Virus record (IMG/VR): IMGVR_UViG_3300023173_001245
Strand: one strand, 5' to 3'
Length of the DNA stretch: 64,000 nt
Origin: an uncultured virus (IMG/VR IMGVR_UViG_3300023173_001245)
Taxonomy: Duplodnaviria; Heunggongvirae; Uroviricota; Caudoviricetes
Position numbers and translations under genes: made by a program
Shown: positions 1-9,688 of the stretch, piece by piece
How the letters are laid out: every line of letters starts with the position of its first letter
Position numbering within the stretch: the first letter of the stretch is position 1
The notes under the pieces: generated by a model
What the model was told of the DNA's origin: nothing
The model's input: the letters and a program-made list of their open reading frames with translations, nothing else
Database searches by the model: none

Positions 1-515
1 CTTTGCGCTTCTGTCTTATAAACCCACCCTTGAGTATTATCAGATTGGTAAAGTTCTTCATCCCATTCGAAGACTACTCCAGTGGTTTGTACACTACTAT
101 CCGTTAGATAATTTCTGAAGTTACTAGGATATGGAATTGGGGGAATCCAATCATGAGAATTTCTATCGTAAGTCCATGAAGTATACGGTTGTGGTGGAAA
201 AAACTTATTATTTTCTCTATCATAAGTGTATCCTGTTACAGCTGTTCTTTCTCTTTCAGATTTCATCTCTTCGGTTAGATCGGGATAAGTATTATCATAT
301 CTGAAAGTTCCATCGAGATTTAAATTTAAATATGATTTAACAGTTTCTGAAGCTGAAATTACCCACTCACCACCATATTTTCTTACACACTCACTTAAAC
401 CATAATCCAAATCAATTTCATTTGTTTCTGGATTTGTGACATCATTATCATCAAGATGTATAACTCTTTCAACTATATTATTTTCATTTATTGAGGCAAA
501 ATAATGGTTTGACAT
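1..515 (-). CDS. Small partner protein following a Gly-rich fibre gene (tail-fibre assembly/chaperone-like); 3' end runs off the window
   Basis: Not in the ORF track. Manual translation from ATG at 515: MSNHYFASINENNIVERVIHLDD...FFPPQPYTSWTYD...WIPPIPYP...FEWDEE, open to base 1. The N-terminus resembles 2869..3114. Confidence 0.75.
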   Translation of the reverse strand, partial: MSNHYFASINENNIVERVIHLDDNDVTNPETNEIDLDYGLSECVRKYGGEWVISASETVKSYLNLNLDGTFRYDNTYPDLTEEMKSERERTAVTGYTYDRENNKFFPPQPYTSWTYDRNSHDWIPPIPYPSNFRNYLTDSSVQTTGVVFEWDEELYQSDNTQGWVYKTEAQ

Positions 516-519
516 TTTC

Positions 520-1461
520 TTACGCTTGATAACCTTCTACTTTAATTATAACAATTCCTGGGCATCCAGCGCCACCAGAAGCACCTCCAGTAGTGCTTCC
601 ACCACATTCAGAACCACCGCCGCCACCGCCGCCACCGCCGCTAAATCCAGTTCCACCGCCGCCGCCACGAGCACCATTACCACTATACTCACAAAGACCA
701 GCAGCCTGATTTCCATCGGTTCCATTTCCTGGAGTTGGAACAGCAGGTGCTAAAGAAGTTGGTAAAGCACTACTTCTTGTTATAACTAAACCACCGCCGC
801 CACCGCCGCCACCGTTTCCAGCAAACGAAGATCCACCGTTTTGACCACCAGGTCCACCATTTCCATTAGAAAAAGTATAGTCTGAAAAGAAAGGAGACCA
901 AGGACTAATAGTATATGAAGCATTGGTGCCAGCAGGACCTGCGTAAGCACCACCACTTCCTGGAGTACTAGGTCCACCAGAATATGGTCCGCCACCAGGA
1001 GAAGAACCACCTGGAAATAAAGAACCAGGAGCAGATGGAAGAGTGATTGGAACAGAAGATCCCAAAGTCGCTATTGTATTGTTCAATTTATATACTAGTG
1101 TTCCACTAGCACCACCTCCACCAGAACCACCACCAGAGTCACTACCACCATTACCTGGTGATCCACTACCACCCGATCCACCTGGAGTTAAGTGTATAAC
1201 ATCAACTCTGGCATCGGGAGCAAAAGAAATATCTGCTGTTAAATTCGCTGTTCCAGGAGAAGTAAATACAAAATATTGTGTCTCCCTATTCATATTTTTA
1301 ACTGAAAGCCAACCACCTTCTCCAGAATAAGATTCTATGGAAGAAGTGGTTGAGTTAAAAATAACAGTACCTATAGCAGTTCCAACACCAGCATTTCTAC
1401 CAGCACTATCAGTAGAAGCAATACCAAGGTAACTTTGTGATAGATCTCTATTTCTGGACAT
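520..1461 (-). CDS. Glycine-rich virion/tail-fibre adhesin-like protein
   Basis: Multiple GGGGxG runs, C-terminal GxxGIVIIK motif, late promoter core upstream. Confidence 0.7.
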   Translation of the reverse strand: MSRNRDLSQSYLGIASTDSAGRNAGVGTAIGTVIFNSTTSSIESYSGEGGWLSVKNMNRETQYFVFTSPGTANLTADISFAPDARVDVIHLTPGGSGGSGSPGNGGSDSGGGSGGGGASGTLVYKLNNTIATLGSSVPITLPSAPGSLFPGGSSPGGGPYSGGPSTPGSGGAYAGPAGTNASYTISPWSPFFSDYTFSNGNGGPGGQNGGSSFAGNGGGGGGGGLVITRSSALPTSLAPAVPTPGNGTDGNQAAGLCEYSGNGARGGGGGTGFSGGGGGGGGGSECGGSTTGGASGGAGCPGIVIIKVEGYQA

Positions 1462-1469
1462 TACAGAAC

Positions 1470-1483
1470 TTTTTAGTTATTTA
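1470..1483 (-). promoter_or_regulatory. T4-like late promoter core TAAATA with leader ACTAAAA
   Basis: TAAATAACTAAAA on the minus strand. The same string lies upstream of genes at ~14471-14484, ~33001-33013 and ~41377-41390. Confidence 0.7.
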
Positions 1484-2194
1484 TCTAACGTCATTCGCAT
1501 ACTGAACAAAAGGTCCTTGAGAATTAACGTAGTGAAGAAAGATCTGATGATGGTATGTATCATCTTCTTTTCTCCTAATCGTTCTCCAAAGATTCTTGAC
1601 CTTGCTATGCCTACTTTCTAGTGGATCTCTCCAGTGCTCACGCTCGCAACCCTTATAAACAGCAGCATCACCATTCTTCATTACAACACATGACTCACTA
1701 CCATCAGGTCTTTCAAACCAAATAGGCCAAGGTTTATCTGAGTTTGTACTAATTTGAAGAGTTACACTAATTTCACATGCTGGACGATCACTATGCCGAC
1801 TTAACTCTTGACCAAGATAATAAAAGCGATCATAGAAATAAGTGGGAAGTAAATCAATGCCTAAGCATTTTTCTATTTCTTTACGAACAATGTAATGTAA
1901 CTGCTTGTACATTGGTACATTATATCTGGCAAGAGATCCATTTACTTGCATCTCTTCTGGTTCAAAAATAACCTTATCCTTACGGACATAGTTCATTTGA
2001 CCAGATAGTCTTTTGCCAGTTTCATCCAGTGGAGGAGAACAATACAGGTTTTCAGGATCTAAGATAAGTCCAGGAAGAAAAAGATAACCATTCTCTTCAA
2101 AGGACTTATTCTTTGTCATGTCTGTGGTTGTTGGAAGGCAAGTACGACTATACCCCTCAGCATAAGAACCACCAGTCGATACATACTCTTTCAT
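1481..2194 (-). CDS. 2OG-Fe(II) oxygenase superfamily protein
   Basis: RHSDRPACEISVTL (HxD), GDAAVYKGCEREHWR (distal His), QIFLHYV. Start moved to ATG 2194 because it overlaps the upstream stop (TGATG). Confidence 0.7.
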   Translation of the reverse strand: MKEYVSTGGSYAEGYSRTCLPTTTDMTKNKSFEENGYLFLPGLILDPENLYCSPPLDETGKRLSGQMNYVRKDKVIFEPEEMQVNGSLARYNVPMYKQLHYIVRKEIEKCLGIDLLPTYFYDRFYYLGQELSRHSDRPACEISVTLQISTNSDKPWPIWFERPDGSESCVVMKNGDAAVYKGCEREHWRDPLESRHSKVKNLWRTIRRKEDDTYHHQIFLHYVNSQGPFVQYANDVR

Positions 2195-2811
2195 CACTTC
2201 CACCTCGGACCAACTACCCATCCAACAATACTCTTACGCAAACCAGAACGTACTTTACGAACTCTATGGGGAGTACGTGAATCAAATACCATCAAAGTTC
2301 CTCTTTGCTTTGGTGCAAAATAGGTCTTACCACTATTGTCTAAGAACTGAACTTCACCACCAGTATATTCAGAAGGATCAGAAAGTTGTAGTGCAAAAGA
2401 AAGTTTCCTTATGTATTCACCATTTAAAGTTACTTGATCCTCGGCAAGATTGTTACCAGAACCAGCAACGATTTGTGGTTTATAACAAGTGTCTATACCA
2501 GCATCAATGTGCCACTTATAGAATTGTCCTTCTCCATACTGTGTGTATTGAATATTTCCACCATCAATCTCTGTCAGATCATAGCAAAAATTCTCACGAT
2601 TTACCTTGTCAATGTAGTACCACAACCAACCACCAATCCAGTGAGAGGTTGGAACCCATACATTTTTGCTATTACGAATGACTTTATCTACTTCTGCACC
2701 CATGATTTGAGAATCTTGTGCCTGTTCATCAAATCTTTTAAGGTCTTTTTCGATAATTTCTACAATGTCAGTTGGCATCTCAGTCATGTGCCAACATGTT
2801 AAATACGCCAT
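2194..2811 (-). CDS. 2OG-Fe(II) oxygenase (prolyl-4-hydroxylase/PKHD-like)
   Basis: QYTQY..GQFYKWHID (HxD), RKLSFALQLSDPSEYTGG, VFDSRTPHRV, RKSIVGW (RxS). Confidence 0.9.
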   Translation of the reverse strand: MAYLTCWHMTEMPTDIVEIIEKDLKRFDEQAQDSQIMGAEVDKVIRNSKNVWVPTSHWIGGWLWYYIDKVNRENFCYDLTEIDGGNIQYTQYGEGQFYKWHIDAGIDTCYKPQIVAGSGNNLAEDQVTLNGEYIRKLSFALQLSDPSEYTGGEVQFLDNSGKTYFAPKQRGTLMVFDSRTPHRVRKVRSGLRKSIVGWVVGPRWK

Positions 2812-2835
2812 ACTTGAATAATATCCTTCAGGTTG

Positions 2836-2864
2836 ATTATATAGTAAAGTATCAAAGATGTCAA
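2836..2864 (-). promoter_or_regulatory. Perfect sigma70-type (early) promoter
   Basis: TTGACA-tctttgatactttacta(17)-TATAAT, 25 nt upstream of the 2811 start. Confidence 0.85.
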
Positions 2865-2868
2865 TAAT

Positions 2869-3114
2869 TTATTCTTCAGATGATTCCTGTAAGAGAGCAA
2901 TGAGTGCTAGTTTTTGCTCACGAGTTAGGGATTCGAAAGGATCTGATTCTTCAACTGGTTCTACTACTGTTGGATGATCGTTTTCAATTGGATGACAACA
3001 CTCATCATCACACACAGCAGTACATCCTTCTGGTGGAGACCATACAGAAGTGTCTCCGTCCCATACAACGCGATTAATACACTTGCCTTCTGAATTTAAG
3101 ATTGCGTAGATCAT
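2869..3114 (-). CDS. Small partner protein following a Gly-rich fibre gene
   Basis: MIYAILNSEGKCINRVVWDG..WSPPEG; GGAGG RBS; position parallels 1..515. Confidence 0.75.
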   Translation of the reverse strand: MIYAILNSEGKCINRVVWDGDTSVWSPPEGCTAVCDDECCHPIENDHPTVVEPVEESDPFESLTREQKLALIALLQESSEE

Positions 3115-3131
3115 TTTTTTACCTCCTTATT

Positions 3132-4352
3132 TTACCATGCCCAAACACGGATTCGACCGTCGCCGCCGTTTCCGCCAGCGCCAGAATCGCCTTGACCGTC
3201 AAACGATGCGCCACCACCGGCGCCACCACCACCTATCGCTGCATTACCACCAGCACCAGCATCTCCAGTTTTATTCGGAGCACCGCCGCCAGCACCACTA
3301 AGTCCACCGGCAGAAATGCTTCCACCCGATTCACCATCAGTCGATCCAGCATTATTGGTGAATGGAGCATCAGAAGGATTCCAACCTCCAGGAGTTGCTA
3401 GATAACTAGTAGTGTTATATGCAGCACCGCCACCACCGCCAGCGCCGCACCAGCCTTGAAAACCACCGGCTGAAGCGTAAATCTGTGGATAATTATTGGT
3501 GCGGGACCCGCCGGGTCCTAGATATCTGAAGTTATTGTAAGCTGAATATTGTCCCCAGGCAACTGGGACTGTGTTGTTGTAAGGATTAGTCCCAACACTG
3601 TCATCGTCACCACCTTTACCTTTTGTTCCAAAACCACTAGTAAGGTGAGATCCAAATGATGATGTGCCACCATCTGTACCATCATTACCATTTGTACTAT
3701 CCGCTGTAACAGAAGCTCCACCGGTTCCGCCAGCGGCAATAGTAATTGACTCTGTTGATCCTAGAGAACTAGCAGCAAAAATTTTCTTAGTTATAGGACT
3801 TCCCCAACCACCTGATCCACCATTGGTTCTAGTATTGGAAGCACCTTTTCTTCCACTACCGCCGCCGCCCCCGCCGCCGATAACTTCAACTTCAACCCAG
3901 GTGACACCAGCAGGTTTTGTCCAAGTTCCGTTAGATGTAAATTCTTGGAAATCAAGTGAAGAACCACCACCAGACCCAGTAATACCTTGGGTGCCTTGTG
4001 TTCCAGATCCAGTAGTACCTTGAATTCCTTGAACTCCCTGGGAACCAACAACTCCCTGAGTACCTGTGGTTCCTTGTCTTCCTTCAGTACCTTGAATCCC
4101 GTATCCCTGAACACCCTGAGTTCCTGTGTTTCCTTGAATGCCCTGAGTTCCTTGAGCACCATCGGAAGGTCCTTGAAGACCCTGCACTCCTTGAATCCCT
4201 TGGACACCAGATGAAGGTCCTTGTGTTCCTTGAGTACCTTGAGTGCCTAGATTCGATCTAACCCAAGACGATCCGTTCCATTGCCAGGTAGTACTATTCG
4301 CACTATAAGTTTGATTTAAACTTGGATTATCTGGAAAATTAAGTGCAGGCAT
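3132..4352 (-). CDS. Gly-rich adhesin-like protein with short collagen-like stalk
   Basis: N-terminal LNFPDNP...TWQWNGSSW, (GxQ)n stretch, FTSNGTWTKP..VEVIGGGGGGG domain, C-terminal GGDGRIRVWAW. Confidence 0.75.
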   Translation of the reverse strand: MPALNFPDNPSLNQTYSANSTTWQWNGSSWVRSNLGTQGTQGTQGPSSGVQGIQGVQGLQGPSDGAQGTQGIQGNTGTQGVQGYGIQGTEGRQGTTGTQGVVGSQGVQGIQGTTGSGTQGTQGITGSGGGSSLDFQEFTSNGTWTKPAGVTWVEVEVIGGGGGGGSGRKGASNTRTNGGSGGWGSPITKKIFAASSLGSTESITIAAGGTGGASVTADSTNGNDGTDGGTSSFGSHLTSGFGTKGKGGDDDSVGTNPYNNTVPVAWGQYSAYNNFRYLGPGGSRTNNYPQIYASAGGFQGWCGAGGGGGAAYNTTSYLATPGGWNPSDAPFTNNAGSTDGESGGSISAGGLSGAGGGAPNKTGDAGAGGNAAIGGGGAGGGASFDGQGDSGAGGNGGDGRIRVWAW

Positions 4353-4376
4353 TATTCAACTTTTTAGAAATATTTA

Positions 4377-6647
4377 TTAGAGAGCAACTGCATATGCAAT
4401 TGCTATGGCTTCAGAAACTCCACCACCACCGCCACCTGCTCCAGAAGGACCTTGAACACCCTGAGCACCTTGAGCACCACCAGTGTCACCCTGAATACCT
4501 AAAATACCTTGAGCACCCTGAACGCCAGCGCCCGTAATACCTTGAACACCCTGAGTACCATATGTACCCTGAAGACCTGTTATACCCTGTGTTCCTTGAG
4601 TACCAGCACCTGTAGTACCTTGAGCACCTTGAGCACCATCAATACCTTGAATTCCCTGAGTGCTGCCGCCACCACCACCAGAGAATATCGAACCATTTTG
4701 ATAAAGGTCCCCAGTGAAATATATGTCTCCAGCAACAGTTACACCAGTACCAATAGTTTCAAGTTTCTTAGTATCCTTGTGATAAAGTTCGGCACTTCCA
4801 GATCCAGTGAACACTGCCGTTCTTCCACTGCTACCAAGATAAGTACCAGATACGCCACCACTTGAGATAACTACATCACCAGAGGTTCCACCAGAATCAT
4901 TAGACTGCAGATGCAAATCATTACTAGCATTAGCAGATACCTTGAGTGCTGATGATTGTGGAGTTAATCTCCCTTTTAGAGAACCACTAAATTTGACATC
5001 TAAAGCACTATTAGTGGTAGATCTATCAATAATAACTCTATCACTAAATGTAGAAAGACCAGTTGCAGTTACACCACCAGTAATACTTACACCAGCACCA
5101 GTTGTTCTGATTCTACGAGTATTATCATAATAAAGAATACACGATCCATCATCAATATACTGTGCTTTTATTTCCGTTCCTGCTTGATTATTGAATATAA
5201 TCTGATTTGCCTTAATAACTAAAGACCCGCTGGCATCTTCTTCCGAGAAGACAGTGTGACCACCTTGGGCTGCTGGCAATTTATAAATTTGCATTCGATC
5301 GCCAGCACTAGATCCAATGTTCAAAACATTGTTATTATTTCCATCTAGTGTTCTAACAACAATATTATTACCATTGGTATCTAAATCACCACCGAGTTTT
5401 GGTGTAGTATCTTCAAAAATACTAGAGATTCCAGATCCACCACCGCCACCACCACTTGAAACATTAGAACTGGTGAAGACCGCATTACCCATATAATCAT
5501 GGGCTGAGCACTGATAATGTAGAACTGCTGGTGTGGTATCTGTGATTGTTATCTCAGTATATGCACCAGAACTTCCTGCAGTTCCTGCTGTTGTTACGTT
5601 AGTTGTGTATTGAGTGGTCTTGTCTGCAGTGGTATAAAAACGTAGAGGGTGAGTACTATTAGAAGAATGACTTTGATCAAATCTATAAGTTCTACCAGGC
5701 TGAAGATATAAGAAAGGAGATTCAAAACCAGTCTCTACATTCCTTCTTAAATAATAAGCACTAGAAGATCCTTGGCCACTATATCTGTGATTACCACTCT
5801 TAGATTGTACAGATACATTAAAAATTACAGTACCACTGTTATGTTTTGCTGCAATAAATTCTGAATATGATAGTTGAGAAGCTGATGCTATGCCAGTTAC
5901 ATTAATTCCATCAAATGTAGTTTCTAATTTTATCGATGATGAAGTGGGGTCTCCATGATAAAGTGTAACTCCATTATCATTATCAATAACTAATCTCTGT
6001 TCATAAAGTCCTACACCTTGTCCAGGAGTAGCTCCCCGCCCAAAGGTAAACGTACCGCCTCTACCATATAATTCCCAGTCACTATTTCCACCGGTTTGAT
6101 ATACATGTGCGGTTCGACCAACGCCTAGAATTTTACCATGAACAAGAGAATCCGGAATTAAAAATGAAAGTCCATTACCAAATGTAGAAACACCAGAGAC
6201 ATTTAATTGCTCAAAATTACCATCTAGAGCATAAGCAGTCCTCCACTTATTACTGCTAGTACCAAAATCTACTTGCTTATTTACTTGTGGAGATAAAACT
6301 CCTTGGTCTGATAGACTAATTAATGCTGTGGAAGTTCCGTTATATTTTCTTGCAATATTTAATGCAACTGACGATCCAGAAGTATTCGGAACTGTAAAAA
6401 GAAATCCGTTTGTAGCAGGACCAGAAACGTCTCTGGTTAGTTCAATTGCAGGACCAACTGATCTAAAAAATGTAGTGACACCAGAAACATTTAATCCAAC
6501 AACACTCGCATCACCCTTAACATCGAGTTTTGCTATTGGATTTGTCGTACCTATACCAATATTTTTACTGGCAGACGTGGCAATTATACTTGCACCGACA
6601 CCAACGTCTAAACCATCTTTTACTATAAAATTCTTATAATCGGCCAA
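4377..6647 (-). CDS. Virion fibre protein with cupredoxin-like domain and collagen-like C-terminal segment
   Basis: TTG start, N-terminal [16 protein letters not shown] repeat, HPLRF...[10 protein letters not shown], (GxQ)n, C-terminal [10 protein letters not shown]. Confidence 0.7.
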   Translation of the reverse strand: MADYKNFIVKDGLDVGVGASIIATSASKNIGIGTTNPIAKLDVKGDASVVGLNVSGVTTFFRSVGPAIELTRDVSGPATNGFLFTVPNTSGSSVALNIARKYNGTSTALISLSDQGVLSPQVNKQVDFGTSSNKWRTAYALDGNFEQLNVSGVSTFGNGLSFLIPDSLVHGKILGVGRTAHVYQTGGNSDWELYGRGGTFTFGRGATPGQGVGLYEQRLVIDNDNGVTLYHGDPTSSSIKLETTFDGINVTGIASASQLSYSEFIAAKHNSGTVIFNVSVQSKSGNHRYSGQGSSSAYYLRRNVETGFESPFLYLQPGRTYRFDQSHSSNSTHPLRFYTTADKTTQYTTNVTTAGTAGSSGAYTEITITDTTPAVLHYQCSAHDYMGNAVFTSSNVSSGGGGGGSGISSIFEDTTPKLGGDLDTNGNNIVVRTLDGNNNNVLNIGSSAGDRMQIYKLPAAQGGHTVFSEEDASGSLVIKANQIIFNNQAGTEIKAQYIDDGSCILYYDNTRRIRTTGAGVSITGGVTATGLSTFSDRVIIDRSTTNSALDVKFSGSLKGRLTPQSSALKVSANASNDLHLQSNDSGGTSGDVVISSGGVSGTYLGSSGRTAVFTGSGSAELYHKDTKKLETIGTGVTVAGDIYFTGDLYQNGSIFSGGGGGSTQGIQGIDGAQGAQGTTGAGTQGTQGITGLQGTYGTQGVQGITGAGVQGAQGILGIQGDTGGAQGAQGVQGPSGAGGGGGGVSEAIAIAYAVAL

Positions 6648-6696
6648 GGTACTGTTCCCCCATATATTCTGGGTTTTTATACTTTCAAGTATTTAG

Positions 6697-9333
6697 TTAA
6701 TAATTATATGTGTAAGTTCCTAGCACTCTAACAACATAACTGTCAGAATTTCCAACCCCAGTATTATTAACAAGAAGTCTTATAGAACCTGAGTCTCCAT
6801 TCGAATCAAGATCAAAAGAAGCAATCGGAGAAGTTAAATTCTCGCCTTGACATACCGTTCCATATTCAATAAATGAAATTCTATTGGATCCTTCACTGGC
6901 GACTAGAAGTTTTGATATTTGTTGATCATTTCTACCTCCAAAACTGGTATTAGTAGGATAGATTGAAATAATCATTTCAATTGTAGATGGCAATGTTCCA
7001 CTTGTACCAACGAGAGATATTCCCGTTGATCCTACTCCAACACCACCTTTCCATGAAGAAGTGGAAAACTCAGTTGGGTCGTACTGACCAGCACCAACAG
7101 AAAAATATCCAAACTGGGTTGCATTTACACTATTGTCAAAGCCTTCATAACGATAAAGACTACCATATACTGAACCAGTTACTGTTCCACTTAAAGAAGA
7201 TATTAATCTATTGTTAGTAGCATCATATTTAAGAAATGCATCGCCATATAAACTCTGACGAGAACTTGCAGTAATATCTCGTACAAATGGAATATAGCAA
7301 CTAGTATCAGTAATATTGGTGCCTGCAAGTTTAACAGTATCATCAAATGCAAATGTTATTGCTTTAGAGAAAGTAGTTCCAATTCCAGCAGAAGCAACTG
7401 ATTTTGTAGTAATTGCTATTCCAGCTCCAGCAATTATCTCAATTGGTTCCTCACCAGATGCAGAAAGAGTGTCTTCCCCATTAACATACCAAGGATTAAA
7501 TGTACTTCCAAGATCAACAAAGGCAGTTCCACCACCCTCATCAGTAACATTAAATCCACTACCATTATTAAATTGAATCTCGCTTACATTACTTACTGTT
7601 ACGTTTGTGGCACCACCTTGACTTGCAACTTCCTTAACAGTTAAGGCAGTACCGCCTCCACCACCCTGGAAGAATACGGTAGCAATACCACTATAATCTC
7701 CAGATCCAAAATACGCTGTTGAAACACCAGGACCACTAAAATGTATTGATGTAGCTGCAACTCCTGCTCCAGAAATCGCATCCGTGCGAATTCCAATAGG
7801 AGCTGTAGGTCCTGCAGATTCAAATGTTATGATATCAATAATATCACCAACAGATGCTCCAATATCAAGAACTACACTTGTTCCATTAGTTGCAGTATAA
7901 TCTGCCGGTGTTAAACGAACACCATTTAGATATACATCAATGTCTGTACCATCAACATACGTTGCTGCAAATGTTTGTTGTCCAGCAGTTGCAGTGTAAT
8001 TAAATTCAGATCTATTGTAAGTAGTTCCCTGAGTACCTTGAGTACCCTGAGTACCCGTTGTACCTTGAGTACCATAAGTACCCTGAGCACCAGTAATTCC
8101 TTGAATACCTTGAGTTCCATCAGTACCTTGAGTACCTGTCGTTCCTTGAGTTCCTGTTGTACCCTGTGCTCCAGTGGTTCCTTGAGCACCATTGGCACCT
8201 TGAGTTCCATCAGTACCTTGAGTACCTGTCGTTCCTTGAGTACCTGTGGCACCTTGAGTACCATCAGTACCTTGAGTACCTGTCGTACCTTGTGGTCCAG
8301 TGGTTCCCTGAGTTCCATCAGTACCCTGAGTTCCATCAGTACCTTGAGTACCTGTCGTACCTTGTGGTCCAGTGGTTCCCTGAGTTCCATCAGTACCCTG
8401 AGTTCCATTAGTACCTTGAGTACCTGTTGTACCCTGTGCTCCAGTGGTTCCCTGTGCTCCAGTGGTTCCCTGAGCACCATTGGCACCTTGAGTTCCATCA
8501 GTACCCTGAGTACCTGTGGTGCCTTGAGCACCCGTATCACCTTTGTCTCCAGTTCTAGCAAAGGTGATAATAACGTCATCATCATTAGAGAAAGAAGTTA
8601 CGCTTCCAGAAACATGTGAGCAACTGACTGTAAAGTATCCAGTATTCTCAGTGACACTAGAAATAGTGAAAAGAACAAAATTGTCTGCATTTAGACGAGT
8701 AGAAATTCTAAAATGACCCTTTATAGTAGAAGTAGAGTCATCAATAGTTCTTAAGAATGGTTGTATATCGGTTTGATTATTGTCGCTATCATCAATATAA
8801 AGGTTTGTTGAAGAACTAAATGGAAATCCATTAACCTTTAATTTTCCTGTTCCTGGATCACTATTAGAAATATTAGTACTAAAAGTGTAATCAAAGGTAG
8901 CACCACCAAAATTTCCATCAGTACCTTGAACCCCCGTCGTACCTTGAGTTCCATCAGTACCTTGAGTACCTGTTATACCTTGAGTACCATCAGTACCTTG
9001 GATTCCAGTGGTTCCTTGAGTTCCATCAGTACCTTGAGTACCTGTTGTACCCTGTGCTCCAGTGGTTCCTTGAGCTCCAGTGGTTCCTTGAGTTCCATCA
9101 GTACCCTGAGTACCTGTAGTACCTTGAGTTCCATCAGTACCCTGAGTACCTGTAGTACCTTGAGGACCTTGAGGTCCTCGAAGTCCTTGGGAACCATCCG
9201 TACCCTGAACTGAAGGTGCCCATTCGACACCACTACCAGTCGATGTAAGAACAGAAGCGGCAGCACCTACACTTCTGTTGTTATCATAAACTATACCAGG
9301 AAGATTAACAGGAGACTTACCTTGATATCCCAT
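6697..9333 (-). CDS. Collagen-like virion fibre protein
   Basis: Two long Gly-X-Y runs (GTQ/GTT/GTD/GAQ) around a globular insert; YTATAGQQTF..DVYLNGVRL..DYTATNGTSV domain. Confidence 0.75.
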   Translation of the reverse strand: MGYQGKSPVNLPGIVYDNNRSVGAAASVLTSTGSGVEWAPSVQGTDGSQGLRGPQGPQGTTGTQGTDGTQGTTGTQGTDGTQGTTGAQGTTGAQGTTGTQGTDGTQGTTGIQGTDGTQGITGTQGTDGTQGTTGVQGTDGNFGGATFDYTFSTNISNSDPGTGKLKVNGFPFSSSTNLYIDDSDNNQTDIQPFLRTIDDSTSTIKGHFRISTRLNADNFVLFTISSVTENTGYFTVSCSHVSGSVTSFSNDDDVIITFARTGDKGDTGAQGTTGTQGTDGTQGANGAQGTTGAQGTTGAQGTTGTQGTNGTQGTDGTQGTTGPQGTTGTQGTDGTQGTDGTQGTTGPQGTTGTQGTDGTQGATGTQGTTGTQGTDGTQGANGAQGTTGAQGTTGTQGTTGTQGTDGTQGIQGITGAQGTYGTQGTTGTQGTQGTQGTTYNRSEFNYTATAGQQTFAATYVDGTDIDVYLNGVRLTPADYTATNGTSVVLDIGASVGDIIDIITFESAGPTAPIGIRTDAISGAGVAATSIHFSGPGVSTAYFGSGDYSGIATVFFQGGGGGTALTVKEVASQGGATNVTVSNVSEIQFNNGSGFNVTDEGGGTAFVDLGSTFNPWYVNGEDTLSASGEEPIEIIAGAGIAITTKSVASAGIGTTFSKAITFAFDDTVKLAGTNITDTSCYIPFVRDITASSRQSLYGDAFLKYDATNNRLISSLSGTVTGSVYGSLYRYEGFDNSVNATQFGYFSVGAGQYDPTEFSTSSWKGGVGVGSTGISLVGTSGTLPSTIEMIISIYPTNTSFGGRNDQQISKLLVASEGSNRISFIEYGTVCQGENLTSPIASFDLDSNGDSGSIRLLVNNTGVGNSDSYVVRVLGTYTYNY
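8261..8408. repeat. Perfect 72-bp-period tandem duplication inside the collagen-coding region
   Basis: 8261-8336 is identical to 8333-8408 (for example, tgtcgtaccttgtggtccagtgg at both 8281 and 8353). Confidence 0.85.
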
Positions 9334-9349
9334 TTAGTGTATCCCCCTA

Positions 9350-9682
9350 TCAAGTTTGTTCAAGAACACTTACGATAACATCTACACTTGATGCAGTGCT
9401 TGAAGTTACTTGTATTTTATCACCCGTCTGCAAAACAATCTTATTTCCGGCATTAAAATCATATAATGACCCATCAGGAATCAAAATTCCCTTTACAATA
9501 TAAACATCATCAGCAGAAACATCTGCTTTATCAATCTGAACATCAGCAGTTACAGAAGACCCAGTTCTATTCGAAACGCAGAAGCCAATCACAGTAGCAG
9601 TTGTTGCACCCGGAACAGTATAAACGTCTTGCGTTACGGTGCCAATCGATGCTTTAGTATAACTTTTAAAAGTGTTTGCCAT
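9350..9682 (-). CDS. Small ~110-aa virion adaptor-like protein
   Basis: MANTFK..VYTVP..KIVLQTGDKIQV..VSVLEQT; paralogous to 30348..30677. Confidence 0.75.
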   Translation of the reverse strand: MANTFKSYTKASIGTVTQDVYTVPGATTATVIGFCVSNRTGSSVTADVQIDKADVSADDVYIVKGILIPDGSLYDFNAGNKIVLQTGDKIQVTSSTASSVDVIVSVLEQT

Positions 9683-9688
9683 TTTTTA

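Noticed and set aside
1481..2811. 2OG oxygenases plus GT25 as a classical collagen prolyl/lysyl hydroxylation-galactosylation pathway
   Set aside because: The collagen repeats have almost no Y-position Pro or Lys, so the animal-type pathway fits poorly; substrates are left open
8020..9210. Regular 9/18-bp repeats resembling a CRISPR or satellite array
   Set aside because: They are in-frame Gly-X-Y codons with no unique spacers and no cas genes
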